In this document: in pieces, positions 1 to 18,319 of the stretch
How the letters are laid out: each line of letters starts with the position of its first letter
How positions within the stretch are numbered: the stretch's first letter is position 1
Source of the DNA: Chrysomallon squamiferum
Taxonomy: Eukaryota > Animalia > Mollusca
Length of the DNA: 64,000 nucleotides
Assembly: GCA_012295275.1 (NCBI GenBank)
Contig: CM022674.1
Span: forward strand, 4,464,001-4,528,000
Direction: 5' to 3'
Translations under genes and position numbers: made by a program
The notes under the pieces: generated by a model
The model's database searches: none
What the model was told of the DNA's origin: nothing
What the model saw: the letters and a program-made list of their open reading frames with translations, nothing else

Positions 1-87
1 TACATACTAAACAAAGTATCTTTTTATTTTGCACTAATATGGATTCATTCACCCGTTTCACATTAAATCGAGGAAATGGAAACTTAC

Positions 88-176
88 ATGGGATTCTGTC
101 TCTCTCCTCGTCTACGAGAACGCGATGACCAGAAAATAAGCAACACCAGAAGAATGTGCAGATTCAACGCAAACAT
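88..176 (-). CDS. Signal-peptide exon of small secreted peptide gene P1; later exons lie left of the window
   Basis: Acceptor CAG at 200-202, ATG at 176, donor GTAAGT at 87-82. The 89 nt translate as MFALNLHILLVLLIFWSSRSRRRGERQNP (phase 2). Inverted paralog of 4304-4392 with identical exon length. Confidence 0.7.
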
Positions 177-223
177 AGTGAACAACGTCAACTGAAAACC
201 TGCCGGTATTCGTTAAATGTTTA

Positions 224-262
<39 letters not shown>

Positions 263-513
263 TAGATTTAATATTTAGCGTTTTGAACTAATTAGGAAAA
301 CACTTAAATTCTAAGATTATTGAATATGGATCTTGAAAACAGAGAAACGAAAATGAATATGTTATTCTCTCTTTCAAGTTTGTTAATGTATTTCCCTAAG
401 ATTTTAAACTTTTTCCGTCTGTAGTAACCAACTATTCGAAACATATACTACATTTAACTGTATAATTAGTTTAGAATTTTACATGTAAAAAAAATGATTA
501 TAAAGTGAATATA

Positions 514-591
514 ACTTACCAAAATTAGTTGTAGTAGTGAATGATCTAGCAGTGAGAATATGTTCAATATCATGGGCAAGAGGTATTTATA
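514..591 (-). promoter_or_regulatory. TATA box and short non-coding first exon of P1
   Basis: TATAAATA at 591-584, then about 40 nt of exon ending at donor GTAAGT (519-514). Mirrored at 3829-3906. Confidence 0.55.
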
Positions 592-859
592 CTGATGCAC
601 GGACACAATAATAATGAATTAAACATTTGATATCTAATAAACTACTATGGCAGAAGAAATATAATATCAAAATAAATATAAATTTCGTGACAGATGAACA
701 GATAAAACGTTAAATATTCATACATTTTATAATTAATTTACTCTGTGCATTCTGTCGATTTATCTTTCTGAATGTTAGTCTGTTATGTGTTTGTCTGTTG
801 TATATGGGTGTATTTGCCTGTATATATCTGTATCTATCTATCTTTCTATCTCTCATTCT

Positions 860-904
<45 letters not shown>

Positions 905-1925
905 ATACCTATATATCTATCCATATAGCTAGCTATGTGTCTGTCTGTCTGTCTGTCTGTGTGTCTATATGTCTACATTTTATTTGTTTCTCTTCTCTGG
1001 TTTAAAACATATTATTCTCATTTGTAGTATACTAGTATACTAAGATATTAATTAAACATAAATTAAATAAAATAACTCCGGTACCCATTGCATTAATAAT
1101 GAATAATAACATTAAAGCATAGAATAATAATAAAGGATGAAAGTATTTTTTTCATAAAACATTTGAGTAGTATTATGGGACAGCAAAAAAAAAACGAAAC
1201 AAAAGTTCTACTACTGATACTACTATTTCTCCTACTAATACCAGTAATAATAATAAAAAAAATAAAAATAATAATAATAGTATTAGTAATAGTAATAGTT
1301 ATAATAATTATATATGTAAACAAATAAAATAGTACCATTATTTCAAATACCTCTTCAGCATTAATAACAAGAGAGCAGAAAAGAAGACAAATAAATAAGC
1401 AATAAATAAACAGACAGACAAATAAATAGATAAATAAATAAATAAATAAGTAAAATCAAAAAGATACATTATTTTAGCTATCTCTACTGCATTAATAACA
1501 ACAGAGGACAGAAAAAATAAAAAATAAAAATATGACAGTTTGAAAAACATAAAACAGAAACTCGTTAAAACTGACAGTTTTATGCATCTGTTTATGTAAA
1601 ATGATATACTCTTTTATTTTATTAATTATGACCATATTACATAACAAACGAAAACAAAAATAATAATAATCGATTGCACGTTATATTATTATTAAAAAAA
1701 AACACAGTTTAAATTAATACACATTCTGCATGCTATTATTATTGTCATCATTATCACCAACATTTACTTTATTTTTGCAATTATTATTCACATCCTGATC
1801 ATAAACGTTTATTTTTTTTTTTTTATTATTATTATTTTTTGTTTGTTTGTTGTATATTATGAAAATAGCAAAACAAGATAAAATGATACTAAATGCGAAA
1901 AGTCTATAACATTTTTGTACGTCTA

Positions 1926-1971
<46 letters not shown>

Positions 1972-3003
1972 TAAGAATATAGAATAATTATTGCATCATT
2001 TAAAACATAACCTAACTGTCTGAGTGTTCACCAACTATTAGTTGTTTTTATCTTAATTAATGATTTTTATTATTTTGAGCCTTCTATAAAAAAAAAAAAA
2101 ATCTCATTTGTTGAATTCAGCATGAAAAGCATTATTATTCAACACGAGAATGATGAAATAGCTTTATATTATCCAGAAGATATTTTCAGATCTTTATAAA
2201 AGTAATGCGGGTGACATGAAAAATCATTCAGTAAATGGAAGAATATCTATTCAGTCAAGATGCTAAAAGTAATATATATGCTAATAATAAAATAATCTCA
2301 TTGATCACTAGGTTTAGGAACATATATTAATAAAATTCTATTATTTCATATTAAATTTGTTTTCACAATAAATAAAGTATAAAATCCATTTTATCACCTT
2401 AAGAAGAAACAAAAAATGTGATTAATATGTCATAATTACATATTGGGTTTGGAGATATTTTACTGGATCACTTGGGAAAATTTGTTCCCGATATCTGGTG
2501 TTAAAAATCAAGGCTTTTGGGATTGATATAATCCTTTCCAAGTTAATAGAACACATTAGAATTATAAATCTACTATGTCCAATTGTAACATTATCATTTT
2601 GAACCACAAACCCCAATGCATCTGTCTTTCCTGTCTTACCATGTTTCAGAATTACAAGAAAGGTGGCAACCTTCGACGTCGTCACGGAGGGTGAAATTCA
2701 AAATCATTTAAGAGGAAACTTAAATAAACTTTAGTGTAGTCAGATTGAAACAACACTTTGTCATAAAAATCATTTTGCATTTCTCGAAATCATTAATAAT
2801 TTTCAATCATATTGAGCAACGGAAAAAAGTACGAAATTTGATAACGGTTTTTATTCAGAAATTACCTTTCTTTTAGGAAATGAGTAGAGATTTCCTCTGA
2901 ATGTTTAATTGATTTCTCACTAATCTCGTTCATACGGAGCTCGATCTGCCGGAAATACAGGACGAAGTAATTGAGATCAAAGCATCGTTTTCATTAATTT
3001 CGT

Positions 3004-3196
3004 AACGTTCTGTTTTTACAGTAATGGACTGTAACGTACTGTTTTTGCAATGTTGGACTGTAACGTTCTGTTTTTGCAGTGATGGACTGTAACGTTCTGT
3101 TTTTACAGTAATGGACTGTAACGTACTGTTTTTTTTCAGTAATGGACTGTAACGTTCTGTTTTTGCAGTAATGGACTGTAACGTTCTGTTTTTACA
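3004..3196. repeat. Minisatellite with 29-31 bp unit (aacgttctgtttttacagtaatggactgt)
   Basis: About 6-7 tandem units visible; explains ORF 2930..3268. Confidence 0.9.
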
Positions 3197-3828
3197 CACA
3201 GGCAACGTTCCGTGTTGATAATAAACAGTTTTCTCAACGGTGAAATAGAGAAACCCGTCTGTTTTCATAGAACAGTCATCCTGTAGTAAATTCGGATATT
3301 ATAATGATCAATATAATTTTTGAAAACCATTTCTCTTATTATAGAAAATAATAAAAAAAGATGTTAGACAGAACAATATAAAGACAGCTAGATAGATATA
3401 TAGACATGCATATTGATATATAGATAGATTTACAGAAATCTATTTAGATAAAGAGATAGATGGATAGATGTAGACAGATAAACACAGACAGACACACAAC
3501 TCAGACAGGCAGGCAGGCAGACAGACAGACACATAGCTAGACACATAGATAGATAGATAAATATATTGAGAGATACAAAGATAGATAAAAACATATACAG
3601 GCAAATACACCCATATGCAACAGACAAACACTTATGACAGACTAACATTCAGAAAGATAAATCGACAGAATGCACAGAGTAAATTAATTATAAAATTTAT
3701 AAATATTTCACGTTTTGTCGGTTCATCTGTCACGAAATTTATATTTATTTTGATTACATATTTCTTCTGCCATAGTAGTTTATTAGATATGAAACGTTTG
3801 ATTCATTATTATTGTGTCCGGGCATCAG

Positions 3829-3906
3829 TATAAATACCTCTTGCCCATGATATTAGACATATTCTCACTGCTAGATCATTCACTACTACAACTAATTTTG
3901 GTAAGT
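3829..3906 (+). promoter_or_regulatory. TATA box and non-coding exon 1 of P2
   Basis: TATAAATA at 3829-3836; donor G|GTAAGT at 3901; next acceptor CAG at 4278-4280. Confidence 0.55.
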
Positions 3907-4303
3907 TATATTCGTTTTATAATCATTTTTTTTTACATGTAAAATTCTAAACTAATTATACAGTTAAATGTAGTATATGTTTGGAACATTTGGTTACTAC
4001 TTACGGAAAAAAGTTTAAAATCTTAGGGAAATACGTTAACAAACTGAAAGAGAGAATAACATATTCATTTTCGTTTCTCTGTTTTCAAGATCCATATTAT
4101 ATAATCTAAGAGTTTTAAATATTTTCCTAATTAATTCGAAACGTTAAACATTAAATCTATTCATTTCTCAAACTTAGCAGTTTGTCATTAATATATATAT
4201 ACATATTATTTTATATATATATATATAAATATATACTTAACCGGTCTTGGTATTCAGTAAAATTTAACGAATACCTGCAGGTTTCCAGCTGTCGTTGTTC
4301 ACT

Positions 4304-4650
4304 ATGTTTGCGTTGAAACTGCAAATTCTTCTGCTGTTGATTGTTTTCACGTCAGCGTGGTACCATTTCGATCACGAGAAAGAACGTCGCAGGTAAGATT
4401 TCGTTTTCCTCTTCAGTAACATTTAATATGAGATGGGTGAACGAATCCATATTAGTGCAAAATGAAAGACTTTGTTTAGTATTGGGGATTGTAGATGTAA
4501 TTAAATATAGTTGTAATAATCTTAATTTATTCCAATACAAATGCATATGCGGAATTTTAAGATATAAAACATTTCACCTAAATAATATTGAATGTAAAAT
4601 CTTTTTTATCATATAGCTTTAATTATATAAATGCAATTTTTATATACTAC

Positions 4651-4720
<70 letters not shown>

Positions 4721-5994
4721 TTTATTTTGCATCACGAATCAGATATTTGCTATTTAATTTACGTTTGACTTGCTTTACATCAGTTTGAGTTGTTTTACTG
4801 AATATTATTCATAAGAATAAAACAGATTCAATGTAATTCTAGTGATAGGAATACATTCATGTTAAGAAAATAACTGAGGTGTAACATAAAAATCTGCAAA
4901 AATGAATTGTAAAACTGAATACTGTTTTCTCTCAGTTGATAATAAATGAATTATTTTTGCTCGGAGTTACAAACTACTTTATAATTTTCTAGCAGTCTTT
5001 ATTTCATCGTTTAACCAGACATATTCACCTCAATGTGTTCATATTAATATTCACTTTTTTAGCGACACGAATGAGTAAGTAGAAATTTATTTATAAGTTA
5101 ATTTAATGTATAACATTGTAAACGTTCTCGCAAACAATTGAAATATTATTAAATACATTATCGTTCCATATTATTTAGGATAATACAAAATTAATGATTC
5201 AGACGCGTCTGATGCCAAATCCATGTGAATGTGTGTGTGTGTGTTTTCTTTCTTGACAGAGCAGTGATAAATAATAGACTAAATTCCATTTAACGATATG
5301 ATGTAGATAGCATTTGATATAATCTGGTAACAGCAAATGTTGTTTTATTTAAAATAGAAAAATAAATTAATGAGTAAAAATGATTATAATGATGATTATA
5401 ATAATAACACTAACAATATTCACAAATAGCTGTTAAATTAAAGTGTATTATTGTGTATAATACGAGAATAACTTATGATCTCTTTATTCAGTTCATGGTG
5501 TAATAAAGCTGCCATACGTTCGTTAAGTTAACATTAATTTATCCTGCGTAAGATTGATTCAGCTGAACCTAAAATTACGGTTAGTGCCAGTATACGAGTC
5601 ATAATCATATAAAGTAAATATCCCTGAATGACCGACTAGGTCCACTTTTTGTCTGAGATACCAACTCTGTACATTATACACAATGTCAAACTGAGCTAAC
5701 AGGTAAAATGTACCTGGATAATTTTTATATTCAGCAAACTGTGGATTTGAATAAAATATTTTAATTTCTTTTTTGTTTTGTTTTTCAGAAAACTTGAGCA
5801 ATCCATCTCCTCTGACACGTAAGTAAAGATTGTTTTAAGTCCAGATTAATATGAACAAAGAAAGACAAATATATGTGTGACACACGAAGAGAGATAGATG
5901 GGCAGAACAATCATTTATAATAATAAACAATACACCCTGATTAAAATTTCGAAATTTTTTAGTTATAGGCATCTCATTCTTTACTCATTTACCT

Positions 5995-6047
<53 letters not shown>

Positions 6048-6593
6048 TCGAATATATAGTATTTACTTTATTTTACTTTAGATGGTTGTTACAACTACAA
6101 AAGGAGAATGATGTTAGAAGCTACGCAAGAGATAATATAATACTAATGTAAAAGATTGAAATCATTCAGAATAATTAACCTCATTATTTTTCAATTTATA
6201 CAGGTACCCCAGTCAACGCCGGAGTGTGTGAGTATTATTTTACATCAGAATCATGTAAAACAGTAAACAGTGATCCCTGATTAAAATTTCCAAATGTTTT
6301 AGTTATAGGCCGCTCATTTTTTTTTTTTTTCCATCATATATATATATGTGTGTGTGAGTGTGTTTGCGTGTGTGTGTGTGTGTGTGTGTGTGTAAGTATG
6401 TGTATGTCTGTATATATAAATTATTTACTTTATTTTACTTCATAGTGACGTGAGAACTACAGATGAGAAATGATGTTGGAAGCTTCTGAAGAGATAATAA
6501 AATGCTAATGTGAAACATTGAAATGATTGTTATGTTTCTGTTTTAAGCATACAACACATGCTGCCCCGTTGCCTACCTGCACCAATTATTTAG
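4304..6593 (+). CDS. Putative micro-exon secreted peptide precursor P2 (about 66 aa)
   Basis: Exons 4304-4392 (89 nt, signal), 5063-5074 (12), 5789-5818 (30), 6204-6227 (24) and a tentative last exon 6548-6593. All are phase 2; internal exons are flanked by AG and GTAAGT/GTGAGT. Translation: MFALKLQILLLLIVFTSAWYHFDHEKERRSDTNEKLEQSISSDTYPSQRRSVIQHMLPRCLPAPII. AATAAA at 6686. First exon is well supported; last exon is uncertain. Confidence 0.5.
5934..6525. repeat. Tandem duplication within P2 introns (about 5934-6170 and 6275-6525)
   Basis: Both copies start ccctgattaaaattt...gttataggc and share aactaca...tgatgtt..aag...aagagataat. Confidence 0.75.
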
Positions 6594-7264
6594 AAAACAG
6601 GAAAAAAGAAATGCAAATATTTCTTTCTTCTCTCTGTTCAAACTATATCTTTTGGACAAAAAAATTAAATAATATATTTGTTAATAATAAACTCATTCGT
6701 TTAGTATTATGATTTCGTAACGGATGGATCCGATTAATATATTAATTAAACATATTTCAGTAAAACATTTGATATTCATCGATTACTATAAGTAATAATA
6801 ATGAGTAATAAAATGACAGTATGCAATGATAATAATGCACGAATGCATATCTACACTATTTCTCCTGAATAAAATTTACCTTGCATTAAACATCTGTATC
6901 ACACATCTGTAGTGTAATATATTTGAAATAAACAAAAACAGAATCTCATATTACAAAATGTTTTATTTAGTTAATTGATAACCAATAATAGTAATCTTCT
7001 TTCCTCTGGTACATCAATGTGGATTTCTGAAAGTGAAGCAAACATACTCATTTTGTTGTCATATTTTTCTAACCGTTTTAAAAATGAAAAATATTTGTGT
7101 CTGATTTCTGAATAAAGAAGTATACGGTATGTCAGGATTTGAAACAAAAGTAAAATTATATAGTTTCTATTCTTGGCAGTATAGCTTAAGGTCGAGATAA
7201 GTAACAGTCTAAATAAACAAAACTATAAAACTATTAAAGAAAGGTACTTTTAAACATGTCATTA

Positions 7265-7409
7265 TTAACGATCGTACATGCCCCCTCCCATCATGCCACC
7301 TCGAATCATACCCCTCCAGTCACGCCACCTCCCTTCATACTACCTCCACCCATATCACCGCTGAATCCTCCTGTCATTGCGTACCCTCCTTATCCTCCCG
7401 CGGCTAAGT
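7265..7409 (-). pseudogene. Decayed Gly/Met-rich terminal exon
   Basis: Acceptor CAG at 7412-7410. Reads LAAGG*GGYAMTGGFSGDMGGGSMKGGGVTGG, then a frameshift, then GMIRGGMMGGGMYDR*. In-frame TAA at 7392-7390. Confidence 0.55.
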
Positions 7410-7449
7410 CTGTTTGTAAACCAAATATTATCTTTCTATCGTTTACAAT

Positions 7450-8250
7450 TCTACGGAGTCCAGTAACATCAAAAATTCACGATTCCAAATTTCTCCACAA
7501 CAGAGTAACTTTGGAACGTTTTACAAAAAAGTGCAGGTTTGTTTCCTCGTATTCTTTACAGAATGTGCAAAGTGTATCGTTCCGAATCCCAGTCGACAAA
7601 GAAAGCTGTTGTTTGCTGTTATTCTATTAGGAATTGTGTATTGAAAATTAATAAGACCGATTTGTTTAGTACATAATCTGGGTGTTAAATACACCCTTTT
7701 CCCATATTAATGGGTAGTTGTCGTCGTTTATTATTTCAGACCAGCGGATTTGTGCAGTTTCTAGACAGAATATTATAACATTCACCACAACCTTTATTCA
7801 TTTTTGTGATCAATAACATATACATTGGACACAAAGTATTATATAGATTTATCTGTCCTTGTAATTGTCGGACAATGCATTTCCACTTTTCAGACATACT
7901 ATGAATTACAATTTCGTAATCTAAAAAGGTTCCTCGTATGTTATATTTTTGTTTTAACTCTGCAAAAGGAATGATGTATCCTGTTTCTGTTAAAAGATTT
8001 CCGATAAGTGTGATACCGTTATTGTACCAATTGCGAAAAAAATAATGACGTGTTTTTCAAATGTTTGTTGTACCATAACGGTTCCTTTACTATTTCGTCA
8101 CAAGTTTCAGTTTTTATTTTTAGCACAACACCTTTCCAGGCAATGAATACATCATTCCGAAAAGGATTTTTAAACTTTTTATTTATATATTCACCAACAT
8201 TTGCTGCAAGTTATATAAAGCTAGATTATCTATATATTTAGCTTTAAAAA
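7450..8250 (-). mobile_element. L1/Tx1-clade LINE ORF2 3' fragment (post-RT region and zf-RVT), degenerate
   Basis: Minus strand gives KNPFRNDVFIAW...EPLWYNKHLKNTSLFFRNWYNNGITLIGNLL...FAELKQKYNIRGTFLDY and FQYTIPNRITANNSFL...LCTFCKEYEETNLHFF, which are typical Tx1-like motifs. Confidence 0.85.
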
Positions 8251-8665
8251 AAGCAGTATAAATATTTTGTTTACCTTCAAATATAAAATTTTCAATTCTG
8301 TTTTATTTGACAGTGACATCACGCTCATACTATTCCTGGTATATTTCGGCGTCATAAAGAAGTTTGACTCTACTTGATTCGCCTAGCTTTTCATACGTGT
8401 GTAATACGTACGTGTGTGCGTGTGCGCGTGTTTGTCTGTCTGTGTGTGCACCTGTGTCTGAGTTTTCTTACAAACTGCCGGATCACACGTATTAAACTGT
8501 ACATGACCGGATACATAATACCGGATACTTGTTTATTATTTATATATTTATTTATTTATTCATTTATTTATTTATCTTTTTAAATCAAGAATCAAAAGAA
8601 TTTCATGCATCGTTAATTATAATTTTATTTTGTAACCAAAATGGACAAATTTTTTTTTTTTAAAT

Positions 8666-13253
<4,588 letters not shown>

Positions 13254-13329
13254 CTTGAATTGTTGATACACAGTGGACCAGTCGAAAAGACGAATAAAAT
13301 AACTAACAAAACAAAAATTTATATATAAC

Positions 13330-13365
<36 letters not shown>

Positions 13366-13510
13366 GTAATAATAGTAACAGAAAGAATAAAAACCAGAAA
13401 TATTAATAATAACAACAGCGAAATTGACAGCAATAAAGCAGCCACAGAAAGAAGAAGAAGAGCAACAACAACAACTACTACAACAACAAAAACTATAATA
13501 ATAATACTAA

Positions 13511-13611
<101 letters not shown>

Positions 13612-14843
13612 CAACAATAATAATAACAACAACAACAACAACAATAATAATAATAATAATAATAATGAAATGATTCGAAAATGATACGAGGAGAAAACTT
13701 ACGGTGGTGAGCAAGTTTGTTCACAGATTTTAAATAACGTTTATGAAAATATTTTAACACCGAACTTTATAATGTTTCTATGAATATATAAACGAGTGTT
13801 AGAAAAAAAGAAATTGTTGCTAAACAAAATATGTTTGACAGTATGTATGTATAAACGACATAAAAAAAAATCAGTCGATTAAGAATAAATCTGAATATTT
13901 TAAATAGTTTTGTGTCATAAACAAAATATTTGGTGTTGTGTTCCTAACAAAATAACAAAAAAAAAAGATAATTTAACATAACAAATAAACAAACACGCAC
14001 ATACATACATACACGTCACACGGACACATATAAACACACGTCACGCACACGTCACGGACACGTCAACTTCACGTTAAATTATTGTATTTCTGATGTATAG
14101 AAAACGTCAACTCTAAGGTAATTTTACTGTCTTCCTGCTAGTAAACGGGTTTTCACTATTTATTTCCCTGTACTAATAAAATGCTTGTGGGTGGATGCTT
14201 GATAGATACCAACATTATATGCATAGACTAGATTTTAAAATTATATTTAAGTATTATCTAGTTGTTTGGAAAATGCGTGGTACTCGCAATGTGGATGTGA
14301 CCAGTTTCATCTATTTGCTTGTCATTAGGTCCAGTTACACACACAGATTATTTCTCCATACCGAGTTTTATCAAGTGCGTATCGAAATAACAGCAAGTAT
14401 TAAAAGTGAAATAAGTTCTGCAAAAAAAAACAACATGTTTCACAATATTTCAGCACAAAAGACTTAGAGATGTGTGGGGGAAAATCAGATAAATGGTATT
14501 TTATTCATAAAAGCACGTTGCTTGTCTGTCATTTATGTATGATCTCGTCATGTTTGTCAGAGGTAACTGAAAGTGTACCGCGTTTAGAGATTTGGTTGGA
14601 ACAGGAAATGCACGTCAGTTTTTTCCCCCATTATAAACTTTAAAACTGCACCTGAAACGTTTTGTATCATACTGTGTACAATTCGTTTGCTACAAAAACG
14701 ATTATATTTCTATATGCATATAATTATTAGTTATCTGTACATCTGTTTGTGTTTATATATTTGTCTGCTTGTACATGGGTGTGTGTCTGTTATATAATTT
14801 TCTTTATGTATGTACATATTCATTTATATCTGCATGCATCTGT

Positions 14844-14901
<58 letters not shown>

Positions 14902-15336
14902 GTCTGTCTGTCTGTCTGTCTGTCCATCTGTCTGTCTCTCTGTCTGTATGTGTGTTTCAATGTGTTTATTATTGTGTCTAAAATATAATTTAAAAAAACA
15001 GAAAATGACATGTTGTTGTTCACATATGTAAATACGAAATCAAAATTCGAAATACAAAATGAAATAAAAAATAATAATAATAATTTTAAAATTCAATAAA
15101 ATAAATGAATAATGAAAGAAAAAAGAAAAAAGAGAAACCACAGTGAAGTGAAATAAAATATCGTAAAGAAGAAGGTAATAAAAGTGTAAAATCGCGAAAT
15201 ATTTGGAATCTAATATTATAATTTTGTTAGTATAACACACCCATCTGAAAATAAATGACAAAATCGTGTTATAAATACAAAGAAACAGATGCAGACGCTA
15301 ACACATATAAACACACACACACACACACACACACAG

Positions 15337-15370
<34 letters not shown>

Positions 15371-16172
15371 TGGCGTTACTTTTAATAAAAATAAATTTAA
15401 ATTATTACTGCTGTCATAAATATTTAGACAATTTTAATGGTGCATGACATCGCAGAACTCTTTCTATGTTATTTATTGCTTAACTATCAAACAGAGTAGA
15501 TATCCGGGGTGATGTAGCCGATTTATCGACTGGTTGATCCTTTTATTTACTGACTGATTGATTGATTTGCTTTTCCAGTTCTTTTTGCCATCTTCTACCT
15601 AGCTACAGTTTTACTTAGCAGGTCTTTAATGACCTCTTTGTTCAGCTTCTCGCTCATCAGTAAATCAAATATAGTTGTATTTTCTAGTTTCAGTTATGTA
15701 AGGCTTCTAGGATACGCTACTAACCTGACACTAGGATAAGCTGCTAACCTGACACTAGGATAAGCTACTAAGTTGAAACTACATTCTTGTCACTATTTTC
15801 TAACATTTGCTCCACAATAAAACATATAATGTCTTCTTCCCTTTGTTCACTACTTAATTCTCGCTCAGTTCATCAACTTGATTCTCATGGGTATCTCGGA
15901 ATGTTGGTACGACTAACCCCAAATATCTCTGTGGTTACTTCGAGGATAAAATTACAGTTACTTGGAAGGTTAAATAATAGTCGCTGTTATAGATAAACGC
16001 TTGTATCATGGACACAGCCAAGTTTACAACAAATATTTGGTTTCCTCTTTGTCTCTGTCAATATAATTTGTGCGCATGTGTGTTTTGTGTGTGTTTCGAA
16101 ATAACGCAGACTCATGTATCAAACGCCTTTATATTTCTAGACACAATTTGTTGCAACTTTTCCCTAGGGTAC

Positions 16173-16220
<48 letters not shown>

Positions 16221-16335
16221 AAGAAAAGGGAAAAAAACAGAAAAAGAAAAATAAAACAAGAAGAAAGAAAATAGAGTCTTCAATAACATTTTATTTTTAA
16301 CCAGCGTGTGTTTCTGTACAAAATATTCACTGTGA

Positions 16336-17086
16336 CTACGCACATTGGAAACCTTCTCCGTCAACACATGTACATTTATCTTTCCACCAAAACCAGCCAC
16401 TGTTGTAATAATATCCCGGTTTTCTACACCCATTGTGATAACAGCCTAAAAATAAACAAAAAATTAAATAAAATAATAATAAGAATAAAAAAATAGATAA
16501 TAATATTACACACTAAATCGTCAGGTTGATATATATATTTGTACTCTCAAAATGTATTCTAAAATCAGAAAAACAACAAATGCAAAAAAAAAAGGACCAA
16601 TAATTTGGACAAAATATTCCATACATTTTGGTGTCAGATAGACAGTTACGTTGGAAGTGATTTTGCTGTCACAGTTGTTAGAACGTACTGCACATGTTCG
16701 CGGATATGACGTAAAGTGAACGTTGTAACAACATCCTATTCAAAACTGAGTCGTCTAACAAGCGAAATTTCAAACCTGAACTTTTTGACCTCCTGTGACA
16801 CTCAGTGCCCGAAAAGCGACGGAGAACATCACAAAATACTCACATCGCTTCTGCTTCTGTACCAGCCGTTTGTGTTCAAATATAATTTTTAAAAAGAAAA
16901 AAAAAACAATCGAGTCAAACGCGAATCCACTGGTTAATGGGTCGTTTCTGAACAGCTGTTGGCGCAGCAAAGATTCAGAAAAATGTGCAAAACTCGGGAT
17001 AGTTTCATAAAGGGAGTATACCTTAAATACTAGATTTACTACTACTACTACTACTACTACTAATAATAATAATAATAATAATAATA

Positions 17087-17118
<32 letters not shown>

Positions 17119-17843
17119 ATATATATATATATATATATATATATCATCATCGTCATCATCATCATTAATATTATTATTATCATATATATATATATATAAA
17201 TTTCTTCGACACATTTGTCATAATATGTTGTTGTAGTTTTCACAGTTGTTCAAGTTTTAATGGCTTAATGGAATTTACCTTTCGCAGTGCTACTTAGTAT
17301 TATTGTTAACAATGGTTCGTACCATCGTATATTTTCACAAGATAACCGGTCTCAGAACAGCGCATTTGACGACAATCTTTAGACACAATTTCACGTATTT
17401 TCGCACAACTCCGAAAGGCGATAATTTCACAGCTCAGAGCTTAAAAAGGAAGAAGAAGAAGAAAAATAAAAATAAAAAATAAGTAAATAGGTAGGTAGGT
17501 AGGTAAGTAAGTACATAAACAATCAGGAAAACAGATGGATAGATAATTAAGTAACTAAGTTAGTATATAAATAAATAAAAAAAAAGAAAGAAAGAAATAA
17601 AGAAATAAAGAACGAACAAACAAATAAATAAATAAATAAATAAAGTGAATTGTACAATACTAAAAGAAGCAGCAATTAAATCATTTTAAATAAAATCAAA
17701 ATAGAAACAAACAGCTACTGAATATGATTATCACAACATTATGTCCGTCATCATCATCATTACTAGCTTAATATTGTTTTGCATGAATAATTATCAGTTT
17801 TATCATCACCATATTCATCATAATAAACATTATTATTATTAGT

Positions 17844-17917
<74 letters not shown>

Positions 17918-18228
17918 TGTTGCTGTCATTACTTACGAGACCCTCTCACAATTTTTTCGATAGTAAAGAACACTCGTAGATTTGCCTCAAAGATCTGGTC
18001 CGTCTATAATCACATCGTACCTATGTACACCGCATTTAGTCCTAGTACGTTTCCCTGTGGGTGCAATTCGTGTACCATAGAGCAATGCGTCTGTAATAGG
18101 CAACATCTGTTAGATATATTGAATATCTGTTAGTTGTTATTTTATCTGATCCTCAAAATCCTGTATAAAACATACAGGAAGGATGGGAACGAATGAGACA
18201 AAGGGAAAAAGGATATGCAGATATATGT

Positions 18229-18319
<91 letters not shown>

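Larger units (their letters stand above)
1..4481. repeat. Inverted duplication, arms about 1-975 and 3440-4481, carrying promoter and first two exons of P1/P2
   Basis: Long reverse-complement matches, e.g. 481-720 versus 3700-3945 and 1-60 versus 4420-4481. Confidence 0.9.

Noticed and set aside
1025-1042. 18-bp perfect palindrome tagtatactagtatacta
   Set aside because: Short, AT-rich and explained by a tiny tandem duplication.
2930-3268. Repetitive 112-aa ORF
   Set aside because: Product of the roughly 29-bp minisatellite; the frame drifts between units.
6082-6147. Extra 66-nt phase-2 exon of P2
   Set aside because: Weak donor, a following intron of only 56 nt, and the duplicated copy at 6446 does not keep the frame.
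7256-7630. Pro-rich 124-aa ORF on +
   Set aside because: Antisense shadow of the Gly-rich exon joined to the LINE fragment.
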